Of a DNA stretch of 64,000 nt, positions 25,568-34,732 are shown one piece after another (positions within the stretch are counted from its first letter, which is position 1; the number at the start of each line of letters is the position of its first letter). The DNA lies in the NCBI RefSeq assembly GCF_055900595.2, contig NZ_CM148325.1; one strand, written 5' to 3'. A program made the translations under genes and the position numbers. The notes beneath the pieces were generated by a model. That model was not told the origin of the DNA. It saw only the letters and a list, made by a program, of their open reading frames with translations, and did no database searches.

Positions 25568-26986
25568 TTATTTCCCCTTCCTCGCCGCCTCATACGCTGC
25601 CAACGTTCGTACTCTCGCTTCTTTGTGATCGACTATCGGTTGCGGATAATCCAGCGTCACACCTGATTTATCTGCCCACTTCCACGGTTCATGCACCGCT
25701 TTCCCTGGTACATCGCGCAACTCTGGTAGCCACCGGCGGATAAACTCACCTTCGTGGTCAAATTTCTCGCCCTGAGTTGTCGGATTGAAAATACGGAAAT
25801 ACGGTGCAGCATCGGTTCCAGTAGAAGCCGCCCATTGCCAGCCACCGTTATTGGCTGCCAAATCACCATCAATCAGTTGCGACATGAAATATCGCTCGCC
25901 TTCCCGCCAGTCGATCAGCAAATCTTTCACCAGAAAACTGGCAGTAATCATCCGCAGGCGATTATGCATCCAGCCAGTGCTGTTAAGCTGACGCATGGCC
26001 GCATCAACAATCGGGTATCCCGTTTTGCCTTCCTGCCAGGCCTTTAAATGCGCGGGATTACTTTGCCACTGTACGCGATCGGTCCAGGCAATAAAGGGGC
26101 GATGCTTACACAGTGACGGGTGATACGTCATCAAATGACGGTAGAACTCGCGCCAGATCAGCTCATTAAGCCAGACGCTACCAGCCCCGCCATCCAGCGC
26201 TTGCGGCTGTTCCGCCAACAGGCGATGCAGACACTGGCGAGGCGATAACCTACCCGTTGCAAGGCTTGCAGACAAACGGCTGGTGCCTTCCACTGCCGGA
26301 AAATCACGCTGCTGATCGTACTGACTCGCACCGTTCTGGCAAAACTGGCGTAATTGCGCAATCGCCGCTTTTTCTTCCACCGGGAAATGCGCGGTATCGA
26401 AAGACTGACGAGGGTAATTCAGCGTAATAGATGGCGCGGGATCTAATGATCCGCTACTCCGAACTTTTGGCGCAGCGACGCACTCCGGCATCCCTTCCCG
26501 CAGCCGTTTCAGCCAGGCATTCTTAAAAGGCGTAAAGACTTTGTACATCTCATGATTGCCAGTCATCACCGCCCCCGGCGGCAGGATCACGCTGTCATCG
26601 AACCCTTCACACACCACGTTACTCAGCGCTCTTTCAACTTCCACATCCCGCGCCCGCTCATTCACCTCATACTGATAGTTATAAAACAGATGGGTAACAC
26701 GATTTTCCGCGCACACCTGTTTAACTATTTCGACGCTGGCGGCAAAGTCATCCACTTCATGAAACAGCAAAGGAATACCTTTTTCCGCCAGCGCGTTTTG
26801 CAGCGCATTAAGTTGTGTATTGATAAGTTCAGCCTGACGCGGCGACACATTATGCGCCGCCCACTGGCGTGGTGTAGCGATATACAACGCCAGCACGCGT
26901 GCAGACGAATTGCGGCAGGCGGCAGCAAGCGCGAGATTGTCGTGCAGACGTAAATCCTGGCGAAACCAGACCAGATGGGTAGTCAT
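25568..26986 (-). CDS. phr: deoxyribodipyrimidine photolyase
   Basis: 472 aa, MTTHLVWFRQDLRLHDN..., FAD-binding C-terminal domain. Confidence 0.97.
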   Translation of the reverse strand: MTTHLVWFRQDLRLHDNLALAAACRNSSARVLALYIATPRQWAAHNVSPRQAELINTQLNALQNALAEKGIPLLFHEVDDFAASVEIVKQVCAENRVTHLFYNYQYEVNERARDVEVERALSNVVCEGFDDSVILPPGAVMTGNHEMYKVFTPFKNAWLKRLREGMPECVAAPKVRSSGSLDPAPSITLNYPRQSFDTAHFPVEEKAAIAQLRQFCQNGASQYDQQRDFPAVEGTSRLSASLATGRLSPRQCLHRLLAEQPQALDGGAGSVWLNELIWREFYRHLMTYHPSLCKHRPFIAWTDRVQWQSNPAHLKAWQEGKTGYPIVDAAMRQLNSTGWMHNRLRMITASFLVKDLLIDWREGERYFMSQLIDGDLAANNGGWQWAASTGTDAAPYFRIFNPTTQGEKFDHEGEFIRRWLPELRDVPGKAVHEPWKWADKSGVTLDYPQPIVDHKEARVRTLAAYEAARKGK

Positions 26987-27492
26987 AAAACTCCTGCATG
27001 GCGCAAGTTAATCACCCGCGGCCAAAGTTCGAAATAACGCTGCCCTGAAAGCCAGGCGTCAGGATAAAGCGCCATATAGTGTTTGATACGCATCAGCGGC
27101 GCAAGAAGCGGTTGCTCGCCACGGCGATAACTGTCGATAAGCGACGCCAGCTGCTGGCGTTCTGTGGAATCAATATGTGGGCGAAAATATCCCTGAACGT
27201 GCATCAAAACGTTAGTATGATCACGCCGGTTGGCAGGGTGAGAAAGCAAAACAATTACGCGTTGACGGTACTGGTTGTAATAGTCATCCAGATTTTGCCA
27301 CTGGTGAATATCAGCCACAAACGGGCCAAGTTTGCGGTATTCCGGCTGGGAATGAGCCAGAAAGACGAGTTTATAGCGGCTGTGATAATCGTTGAGCGCC
27401 CCGCGCGTTAGCCCATGTTCTTTCAGTCGATGTAACTCATGAAGGGCGAAGATACGGATTAGGGTGCTTTCATCAAATCGTTGCTGATTCAT
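26983..27492 (-). CDS. ybgA: DUF1722-family protein
   Basis: 169 aa; overlaps phr start; SD AGGAG lies inside an inverted repeat. Confidence 0.9.
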   Translation of the reverse strand: MNQQRFDESTLIRIFALHELHRLKEHGLTRGALNDYHSRYKLVFLAHSQPEYRKLGPFVADIHQWQNLDDYYNQYRQRVIVLLSHPANRRDHTNVLMHVQGYFRPHIDSTERQQLASLIDSYRRGEQPLLAPLMRIKHYMALYPDAWLSGQRYFELWPRVINLRHAGVL

Positions 27493-27576
27493 TACTGCTC
27501 CTGAACGGTTTACAGGAGTAAGTGTAGACGGCAGTATTGAAAAAACGAAACGAATAAATGAATTCGGTAAAGAAAT

Positions 27577-27984
27577 TCAATTATTCATAATAAAGTTCAT
27601 AGTAGCGATAAATAGTTTCTTTTCTTCATCACTCATGGCAGCAACGTTTAACATGTTGTCATCAAAATTATTGATGTTATTTTTTAATTTCAGTAACTGC
27701 AAAGGAGAAAAATAGTCACTCCCGATGAGATTACTCAATACCAGCAATAGCTCCCCATCATATAAATAGCCCACCATAAGATTAATCTCTATCATCTCAA
27801 TTGCTTTTTGTACAGCAAGCGCCGGTAAGATATTCTGACGAAGCATTTTGGCAATATCATTTTCATCCAGTTCATCGGGTGTTTTATCTAATAAAGAATT
27901 ATACCAGTTTATTAAACCACTTTTGAAAGCGAACGAATCATATTGCAGGTGATAAATCTGTTTTAGGGTTTCTTTATTTTTCAA
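27577..27984 (-). CDS. hypothetical protein, AT-rich accessory ORF (possible immunity protein)
   Basis: 135 aa ORF with no TM segments, very AT-rich codon usage unlike neighbouring core genes; function not recognised. Confidence 0.5.
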   Translation of the reverse strand: MKNKETLKQIYHLQYDSFAFKSGLINWYNSLLDKTPDELDENDIAKMLRQNILPALAVQKAIEMIEINLMVGYLYDGELLLVLSNLIGSDYFSPLQLLKLKNNINNFDDNMLNVAAMSDEEKKLFIATMNFIMNN

Positions 27985-28026
27985 TTTATAGTGCCTTTAT
28001 TTGCTATAATTTTTTCTGAAATAACA

Positions 28027-28494
28027 TCAGCGAGTTTGCTCAGGTGCAGGGATGACCGAAATTGTCATGTATTTTTTCAGTCTGGCTTCTCGTTTCACAC
28101 CTTTCGGATCTGAACCAAAAGGAAGCGTCAAGCATGGTGAGTCAACGGTTTGGATTGTCCAGAGAGAATCACCAATGAATCTGAAATTGATGCTATCCGC
28201 TGTAACGGATAATCCCTCAAAACTTCCCGTCGCATACTCATTACCCAAACGTACGGTCTCTTTAACTCCATCGTTAACATCGATAAGGACAATTGTCAGT
28301 GATTCCTCAAAAATAACGTCATCCGTCAGAAAAAGGATATAACGCTGGTCATTAACCTGAATTGCCGCTTCCAGTATTTGCCCTGGTACAATAATACCTG
28401 TGTTATTGCCATTGAGCACAACGTCAGACTGAGCCTGAGATAAATCAGTCGCTTTGTGAACCTTGACCAACGATATCGAATTAACCTGTTGCAT
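28027..28494 (-). CDS. hypothetical protein, accessory ORF
   Basis: 155 aa from MQQVNSISLVKV; the 31 extra N-terminal codons in the longest ORF are the shadow of an upstream glycine-rich frame; start lies 2 nt after the stop of that small ORF (TGAttATG). Confidence 0.5.
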   Translation of the reverse strand: MQQVNSISLVKVHKATDLSQAQSDVVLNGNNTGIIVPGQILEAAIQVNDQRYILFLTDDVIFEESLTIVLIDVNDGVKETVRLGNEYATGSFEGLSVTADSINFRFIGDSLWTIQTVDSPCLTLPFGSDPKGVKREARLKKYMTISVIPAPEQTR

Positions 28495-28496
28495 AA

Positions 28497-28637
28497 TCAA
28501 TTCCACAAGCGCCCCATTTCCCATGCGGCAAGTGCACCGCCGACAAAGCCGCCAATAAGTACGCAAACAGGTGCTCCTGGACCACACATCAATCCGGTCA
28601 ACGCACCGCCTGCGACAGCACCGGCAATAATATTCAT
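28497..28637 (-). CDS. small glycine-zipper hydrophobic peptide (46 aa); possible C-terminal remnant of a disrupted gene
   Basis: MNIIAGAVAGGALTGLMCGPGAPVCVLIGGFVGGALAAWEMGRLWN with GGN-rich codons; no clear SD; in frame with the upstream 85-aa ORF across two stop codons. Confidence 0.3.
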   Translation of the reverse strand: MNIIAGAVAGGALTGLMCGPGAPVCVLIGGFVGGALAAWEMGRLWN

Positions 28638-28820
28638 CCGGGTACGACTGCCAGTGGTTTTAACAGATTTACGCTCACCGTTACGTATCCTGCCACCACT
28701 CAGGTTGCAGACGCGGCAGTCACAGCCTTGACGGTGTTGAAACTAAAGTTCAGGTGATAGTCTGATGTTCATAGTTTGAGCATTATCCCCTGACAGAATA
28801 AAATCAAGCAGTGTCAATGA

Positions 28821-29078
28821 TCACGTGTATATATCATTTAAAGCATTATCAAGCCAATCTTCCATGTTTTTAATTTTAGCCCGCGCATATAAATCATTCA
28901 TAACATCCTCATAACTCTGCCCATCATTGACCATACAATTAGCTGTATGAGGCAGAACATGTATAAAATCAGACAATATAAAACAAGCCTTTGAATTTCC
29001 AGAGTTAGCTGCAATTCTGATATCAATCAATCCTCTGGCAATCAATTTAAGAATAACATCTTGCATTTTAATTTCCAT
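28821..29078 (-). CDS. hypothetical protein, AT-rich accessory ORF
   Basis: 85 aa ORF (MEIKMQDVILKLIARGLIDIRIAANSG...); weak SD; same reading frame as the glycine-zipper segment downstream. Confidence 0.4.
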   Translation of the reverse strand: MEIKMQDVILKLIARGLIDIRIAANSGNSKACFILSDFIHVLPHTANCMVNDGQSYEDVMNDLYARAKIKNMEDWLDNALNDIYT

Positions 29079-29160
29079 ATCATCCAGTTAAATTTCAGTA
29101 GTAAATCGTCTATCAAAAAAAGATGAAATTAACATTCATAAATTTATTACAATATGAAAA

Positions 29161-29514
29161 TCAAAAATATACATCATCAGCTTCTTCCGAAAACTCCATG
29201 GCTCCTAAGGCACCTAAATCAATACTAAATATAGTATCACTTTCCTTAGCACTCCCAACATAGATAAAATAGCCTAAATCTCCGTCTTGACCTATCAAAA
29301 AATAGTCAGGTTCCACTTGTTGAATATCATATGTTTCATTTCTTTCAATAAGATCAGAATAGTTATATAAATATAATGTTTCGTGCTTCTTATTAGTTAT
29401 TTCATAGGTCTCACTATCTTTAATTTCTTCTATCAAAAAATGTTTATACACTGGAGGAAACTTGATTGACATGTCAAATTCAATTTTATTTATATATTCT
29501 ATAATTTTATTCAT
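29161..29514 (-). CDS. SUKH (SMI1/KNR4)-like immunity-type protein
   Basis: 117 aa with FPPVYKHFL near the N-terminus and YFLIGQDGDLGYFIY near the C-terminus, resembling SUKH family signatures; AT-rich; no HMM run. Confidence 0.55.
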   Translation of the reverse strand: MNKIIEYINKIEFDMSIKFPPVYKHFLIEEIKDSETYEITNKKHETLYLYNYSDLIERNETYDIQQVEPDYFLIGQDGDLGYFIYVGSAKESDTIFSIDLGALGAMEFSEEADDVYF

Positions 29515-29798
29515 GTTAAGAATACATGAAAGATTATTTATTGATTATCTTGATGAATATATCTTCACTTTTTATTTTCATTTACTCATCGCGGAAATAC
29601 ACATTGCCTTGTAGACAAGCGCTAATAATACGTTATGAACCTGACTTCCGCCAGACAATCAATCTATGAATTCATTACGCCGTAGTGTTTTAGAAAGACA
29701 CTTTCTGACCAGATGGTGAACCATATACTACATCGCGCATTATAAAAAAACCGCCAGCGTTTCCACTAGCGGTTTTCAATGTTTTCAAAACTCAGCAA

Positions 29799-30005
29799 TC
29801 AGTAAAAATCACCGGTTGCCTTTTCGGCCTGATCCATCCACACCGGTTTATCGCTGGTTTTCGACCAGACGCGATGCAGATAGCTGTAAAAGCGGGCGCG
29901 GTCTTTCCAGAAAAGCATGAAAGGCAGCGCCAGAACGCCCGCTGCAACCGCATAAGTACGGCGTAAAAAGATAAGCCATGCAGGATATTCTCTGTAGAGT
30001 TCCAT
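29799..30005 (-). CDS. ybfA: DUF2517 small protein
   Basis: 68 aa, [49 protein letters not shown]... Confidence 0.88.
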
Positions 30006-30214
30006 ACTTTTCTCCCCCTTTTGTATCTACCCGGTGAATGGCACCGGAAAAATGAATTTGTTTATCTGATGAAAATAGTACCGCCTTTTGTGTAATTTTA
30101 CTACTCATCCGACCACTTATTTTTGCTTATTGATGGTTTATTTACATTCACACTGTAATTAAGTTACACAAAAGTTAAATTAATACTAACCATCAGTTAA
30201 ATCATGGCTTTTGC

Positions 30215-30244
30215 CATTTTTATACTTTTTTTACATCCCGCCCG
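30215..30244 (+). promoter_or_regulatory. KdpE operator upstream of kdpFABC
   Basis: CATTTTTATACTTTTTTTACATCCCGCCCG, the T-rich direct-repeat element, about 75-100 bp upstream of the kdpF start, where the KdpE site is known to lie. Confidence 0.55.
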
Positions 30245-30317
30245 AAGATTTTTGCGAAATCTTTGCAGCCAGAATTCTACCCTTCCGGTATCACTTTTAG
30301 GCCACTGGAGGTGCACT

Positions 30318-30407
30318 GTGAGTGCAGGCGTGATAGCCGGCGTGTTGCTGGTGTTTTTATTACTGGGTTATCTGGTTTATGCCCTGATCAATGCGGAGGC
30401 GTTCTGA
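30318..30407 (+). CDS. kdpF: K+-transporting ATPase small subunit
   Basis: 29 aa (M)[31 protein letters not shown] start with GGAGG RBS. Confidence 0.85.
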   Translation: MSAGVIAGVLLVFLLLGYLVYALINAEAF

Positions 30408-32080
30408 TGGCTGCGCAAGGGTTCTTACTGATTGCCACGTTTTTACTGGTGTTAATGGTGCTGGCGCGCCCTTTGGGCAGTGGGCTGGCGCGGCTGATTA
30501 ATGACATACCTCTTCCCGGTACAGCGGGCGTTGAACGTATACTCTTTCGTTTACCTGGCGTCTCTGACAGTGAGATGAACTGGAAGCAGTATCTCTGTGC
30601 CATTCTCGGCCTGAACATGCTGGGGCTGGCGGTGCTGTTTTTTATGTTGCTCGGTCAGCACTATCTGCCGCTTAATCCACAGCAGTTGCCAGGGCTGTCG
30701 TGGGATCTGGCGCTGAATACCGCCGTCAGCTTTGTCACGAATACCAACTGGCAATCTTACAGCGGTGAAACCACGTTGAGCTATTTCAGCCAGATGGCGG
30801 GCTTAACGGTGCAAAACTTTCTTTCTGCCGCCAGCGGGATTGCGGTGATTTTTGCCCTCATTCGTGCATTTACCCGCCAGAGCATGAGCACACTCGGGAA
30901 TGCCTGGATCGATCTGCTACGCATCACGTTATGGGTGCTAGTCCCTGTGGCGTTGTTGATCGCACTGTTTTTTATTCAACAAGGTGCGCTGCAAAACTTT
31001 CTGCCCTATCAGGCGGTGAATACCGTTGAAGGAGCGCAACAGCTGTTACCCATGGGGCCTGTAGCTTCTCAGGAAGCGATCAAGATGCTCGGTACTAACG
31101 GCGGTGGCTTCTTTAATGCCAACTCGTCGCATCCGTTTGAAAACCCAACCGCACTGACCAACTTCGTGCAGATGCTGGCGATCTTCTTGATCCCAACAGC
31201 GCTGTGCTTTGCCTTTGGTGAAGTGGCAGGCGATCGCCGCCAGGGGCGCATGTTGCTGTGGGCGATGTCAGTGATTTTTGTCATCTGCGTAGGCGTGGTG
31301 ATGTGGGCAGAAGTTCAGGGTAATCCTCATCTGCTGGCGCTGGGTGCGGACAGCAGCATCAATATGGAAGGTAAAGAGAGTCGTTTCGGCGTGCTGGTCA
31401 GTAGCCTGTTTGCGGTCGTGACTACGGCGGCTTCCTGTGGCGCGGTGATTGCGATGCATGATTCGTTTACCGCTCTCGGTGGCATGGTGCCGATGTGGCT
31501 GATGCAAATTGGTGAAGTGGTATTCGGCGGTGTCGGTTCTGGTCTTTACGGCATGATGCTGTTTGTTCTGCTGGCGGTGTTTATTGCCGGGCTGATGATT
31601 GGTCGTACACCGGAATATCTGGGTAAAAAAATCGACGTACGTGAGATGAAACTGACTGCACTGGCGATTCTGGTCACCCCGACGCTGGTGCTGATGGGCG
31701 CGGCGCTGGCAATGATGACCGATGCCGGACGTAGCGCCATGCTCAACCCTGGCCCGCATGGTTTTAGCGAAGTGCTGTACGCCGTGTCATCCGCCGCTAA
31801 CAACAACGGCAGCGCCTTTGCCGGATTAAGCGCCAACTCCCCGTTCTGGAACTGTTTACTTGCGTTCTGCATGTTTGTCGGTCGCTTCGGGGTGATTATC
31901 CCGGTGATGGCAATTGCCGGTTCGCTGGTGAGTAAAAAGAGCCAACCCGCCAGCTCCGGCACGCTGCCAACGCACGGCCCGCTGTTTGTTGGCCTGTTAA
32001 TCGGCACCGTGTTGCTGGTTGGCGCACTGACCTTTATCCCTGCCCTGGCGCTTGGTCCGGTGGCGGAATATCTCTCCTGA
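30407..32080 (+). CDS. kdpA: K+-transporting ATPase subunit A
   Basis: 557 aa from [28 protein letters not shown]; ATG overlaps the kdpF stop. Confidence 0.96.
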   Translation: MAAQGFLLIATFLLVLMVLARPLGSGLARLINDIPLPGTAGVERILFRLPGVSDSEMNWKQYLCAILGLNMLGLAVLFFMLLGQHYLPLNPQQLPGLSWDLALNTAVSFVTNTNWQSYSGETTLSYFSQMAGLTVQNFLSAASGIAVIFALIRAFTRQSMSTLGNAWIDLLRITLWVLVPVALLIALFFIQQGALQNFLPYQAVNTVEGAQQLLPMGPVASQEAIKMLGTNGGGFFNANSSHPFENPTALTNFVQMLAIFLIPTALCFAFGEVAGDRRQGRMLLWAMSVIFVICVGVVMWAEVQGNPHLLALGADSSINMEGKESRFGVLVSSLFAVVTTAASCGAVIAMHDSFTALGGMVPMWLMQIGEVVFGGVGSGLYGMMLFVLLAVFIAGLMIGRTPEYLGKKIDVREMKLTALAILVTPTLVLMGAALAMMTDAGRSAMLNPGPHGFSEVLYAVSSAANNNGSAFAGLSANSPFWNCLLAFCMFVGRFGVIIPVMAIAGSLVSKKSQPASSGTLPTHGPLFVGLLIGTVLLVGALTFIPALALGPVAEYLS

Positions 32081-32102
32081 TGATATTGAGTGAGCACTGA
32101 AT

Positions 32103-34151
32103 ATGAGTCGTAAACAACTGGCGCTATTCGAACCAACACTTGTCGTTCAGGCGCTGAAAGAAGCGGTGAAAAAATTAAACCCGCAGGCGCAATGGCGCAA
32201 TCCGGTGATGTTTATCGTCTGGATCGGCAGTCTGTTAACCACCTTTATTAGCATTGCAATGGCAAGCGGCGCGATGCCTGGCAATGCGCTGTTTAGCGCG
32301 GCAATTAGCGCATGGCTGTGGGTCACCGTACTGTTCGCTAATTTCGCCGAGGCGCTGGCTGAAGGCCGCAGTAAAGCGCAGGCCAACAGTCTGAAAGGTG
32401 TAAAAAAAACCGCCTTTGCCCGCAAACTGCGTGAGCCGAAATATGGCGCTGCGACAGACAAAGTTCCTGCCGATCAACTGCGTAAAGGCGATATTGTGCT
32501 GGTTGAAGCGGGCGATATTATCCCCTGCGATGGCGAAGTTATTGAAGGTGGTGCATCGGTCGATGAAAGCGCCATCACTGGGGAATCGGCACCGGTGATC
32601 CGTGAATCCGGCGGCGATTTTGCCTCCGTCACCGGCGGCACGCGTATTCTTTCTGACTGGCTGGTGATTGAGTGCAGCGTTAACCCCGGTGAGACATTTC
32701 TGGATCGGATGATCGCGATGGTGGAAGGCGCACAGCGACGCAAAACGCCGAACGAGATTGCCCTGACCATCCTGCTGATTGCCCTGACTATCGTCTTTTT
32801 ACTGGCAACCGCCACGCTGTGGCCGTTTTCCGCGTGGGGCGGTAATGCAGTCAGTGTAACGGTACTGGTGGCGCTGCTGGTCTGTCTGATTCCAACCACC
32901 ATCGGCGGCCTGTTGTCAGCGATCGGCGTCGCCGGAATGAGTCGGATGCTGGGCGCGAATGTGATTGCCACCAGCGGACGCGCCGTTGAAGCGGCGGGTG
33001 ACGTTGACGTTCTGTTGCTGGATAAAACTGGCACCATCACCCTCGGTAACCGTCAGGCATCAGAGTTTATCCCCGCGCAGGGCGTAGAGGAAAAAACGCT
33101 GGCCGACGCAGCACAACTGGCTTCGCTGGCCGACGAAACGCCGGAAGGCCGCAGTATTGTGATCCTCGCCAAGCAGCGTTTTAACCTGCGCGAGCGCGAT
33201 GTGCAGTCGCTTCACGCCACTTTTGTACCGTTTACTGCGCAAAGTCGAATGAGCGGGATCAATATCGACAACCGTATGATCCGTAAAGGTTCTGTCGATG
33301 CCATTCGCCGCCATATTGAAGCTAACGGTGGTCACTTCCCTGCCGATGTCGATCAAAAAGTCGATCAGGTTGCGCGTCAGGGGGCCACGCCTCTGGTAGT
33401 GGTGGAAGGTTCCCGCGTGCTGGGCGTTATTGCGCTGAAAGATATCGTCAAAGGCGGCATTAAAGAGCGCTTCGCCCAGCTGCGCCAAATGGGCATAAAA
33501 ACGGTGATGATTACTGGCGATAACCGTCTGACTGCCGCCGCCATTGCCGCGGAAGCGGGCGTCGATGATTTTCTCGCTGAAGCGACACCGGAGGCCAAGC
33601 TGGCGTTAATTCGTCAGTATCAGGCGGAAGGCCGTTTGGTGGCGATGACCGGCGACGGCACCAACGATGCTCCGGCGCTGGCGCAGGCCGATGTCGCGGT
33701 GGCGATGAACTCCGGCACTCAGGCGGCGAAAGAAGCGGGCAATATGGTGGATCTCGACTCTAACCCGACCAAGTTGATCGAGGTGGTGCATATTGGCAAA
33801 CAGATGCTGATGACCCGTGGCTCGCTGACCACCTTCAGCATTGCCAACGATGTGGCGAAATACTTCGCCATTATTCCGGCGGCGTTCGCGGCAACGTATC
33901 CGCAGTTAAATGCGCTGAACATCATGCGCCTGCATTCGCCCGACTCCGCCATTCTCAGTGCGGTCATTTTCAACGCCTTGATTATCGTCTTTTTGATTCC
34001 CCTGGCGTTAAAAGGCGTGAGTTATAAACCGCTTACCGCTTCTGCCATGTTGCGCCGTAACTTATGGATTTACGGTCTGGGTGGGCTGCTGGTGCCGTTT
34101 ATTGGTATCAAAGTCATTGATTTACTGCTGACCGTTTGCGGTCTGGTGTGA
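32103..34151 (+). CDS. kdpB: K+-transporting ATPase subunit B (P-type ATPase)
   Basis: 682 aa, DKTGTIT phosphorylation motif, [12 protein letters not shown]. Confidence 0.97.
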   Translation: MSRKQLALFEPTLVVQALKEAVKKLNPQAQWRNPVMFIVWIGSLLTTFISIAMASGAMPGNALFSAAISAWLWVTVLFANFAEALAEGRSKAQANSLKGVKKTAFARKLREPKYGAATDKVPADQLRKGDIVLVEAGDIIPCDGEVIEGGASVDESAITGESAPVIRESGGDFASVTGGTRILSDWLVIECSVNPGETFLDRMIAMVEGAQRRKTPNEIALTILLIALTIVFLLATATLWPFSAWGGNAVSVTVLVALLVCLIPTTIGGLLSAIGVAGMSRMLGANVIATSGRAVEAAGDVDVLLLDKTGTITLGNRQASEFIPAQGVEEKTLADAAQLASLADETPEGRSIVILAKQRFNLRERDVQSLHATFVPFTAQSRMSGINIDNRMIRKGSVDAIRRHIEANGGHFPADVDQKVDQVARQGATPLVVVEGSRVLGVIALKDIVKGGIKERFAQLRQMGIKTVMITGDNRLTAAAIAAEAGVDDFLAEATPEAKLALIRQYQAEGRLVAMTGDGTNDAPALAQADVAVAMNSGTQAAKEAGNMVDLDSNPTKLIEVVHIGKQMLMTRGSLTTFSIANDVAKYFAIIPAAFAATYPQLNALNIMRLHSPDSAILSAVIFNALIIVFLIPLALKGVSYKPLTASAMLRRNLWIYGLGGLLVPFIGIKVIDLLLTVCGLV

Positions 34152-34159
34152 GGTTTACC

Positions 34160-34732
34160 ATGCGTGGATTACGTCCGGCATTATCAACATTTCTCTTTTT
34201 GTTACTGATTACTGGCGGTGTTTACCCGCTGCTGACCACCGCGCTGGGGCAATGGTGGTTTCCCTGGCAGGCCAATGGTTCGTTGATTCGCGAAGGTGAT
34301 ACGGTGCGCGGCTCGGCATTAATCGGGCAGAATTTTACCGGCAACGGCTATTTTCATGGTCGCCCGTCGGCAACGGCAGAAATGCCCTATAATCCACAGG
34401 CTTCTGGCGGGAGCAATCTGGCGGTCAGTAACCCTGAGCTGGATAAACAAATCGCTGCACGCGTTGCCGTATTACGGGCTGCTAACCCGGATGCCAGCAC
34501 GAACGTTCCGGTTGAACTGGTGACGGCGTCGGCAAGCGGGCTGGACAATAATATTACCCCGCAAGCGGCGGTCTGGCAGATTCCTCGCGTGGCGAAAGCG
34601 CGTAATCTCAGCGTTGAACAGCTCACGCAGCTGATCGCAAAATACAGCCAACAACCGCTGGTGAAATATATCGGCCAGCCGGTCGTCAACATTGTCGAAC
34701 TCAATCTGGCGCTGGATAAGCTTGATGAATAA
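34160..34732 (+). CDS. kdpC: K+-transporting ATPase subunit C
   Basis: 190 aa from [27 protein letters not shown]. Confidence 0.93.
   Translation: MRGLRPALSTFLFLLLITGGVYPLLTTALGQWWFPWQANGSLIREGDTVRGSALIGQNFTGNGYFHGRPSATAEMPYNPQASGGSNLAVSNPELDKQIAARVAVLRAANPDASTNVPVELVTASASGLDNNITPQAAVWQIPRVAKARNLSVEQLTQLIAKYSQQPLVKYIGQPVVNIVELNLALDKLDE

Noticed and set aside
28494-28587. N-terminal extension of the 186-aa ORF (MWSRSTCLRTYWRLCRRCTCRMGNGALVEL)
   Set aside because: Cys/Arg-rich translation is the out-of-frame shadow of the GGN-rich glycine-zipper coding frame; the real start is more likely the ATG at 28494.
29744-29776. Terminator call downstream of ybfA
   Set aside because: Only an 8-bp A/U-rich stem (AAAACCGC / GCGGTTTT) with a 15-nt loop; too weak to call confidently.
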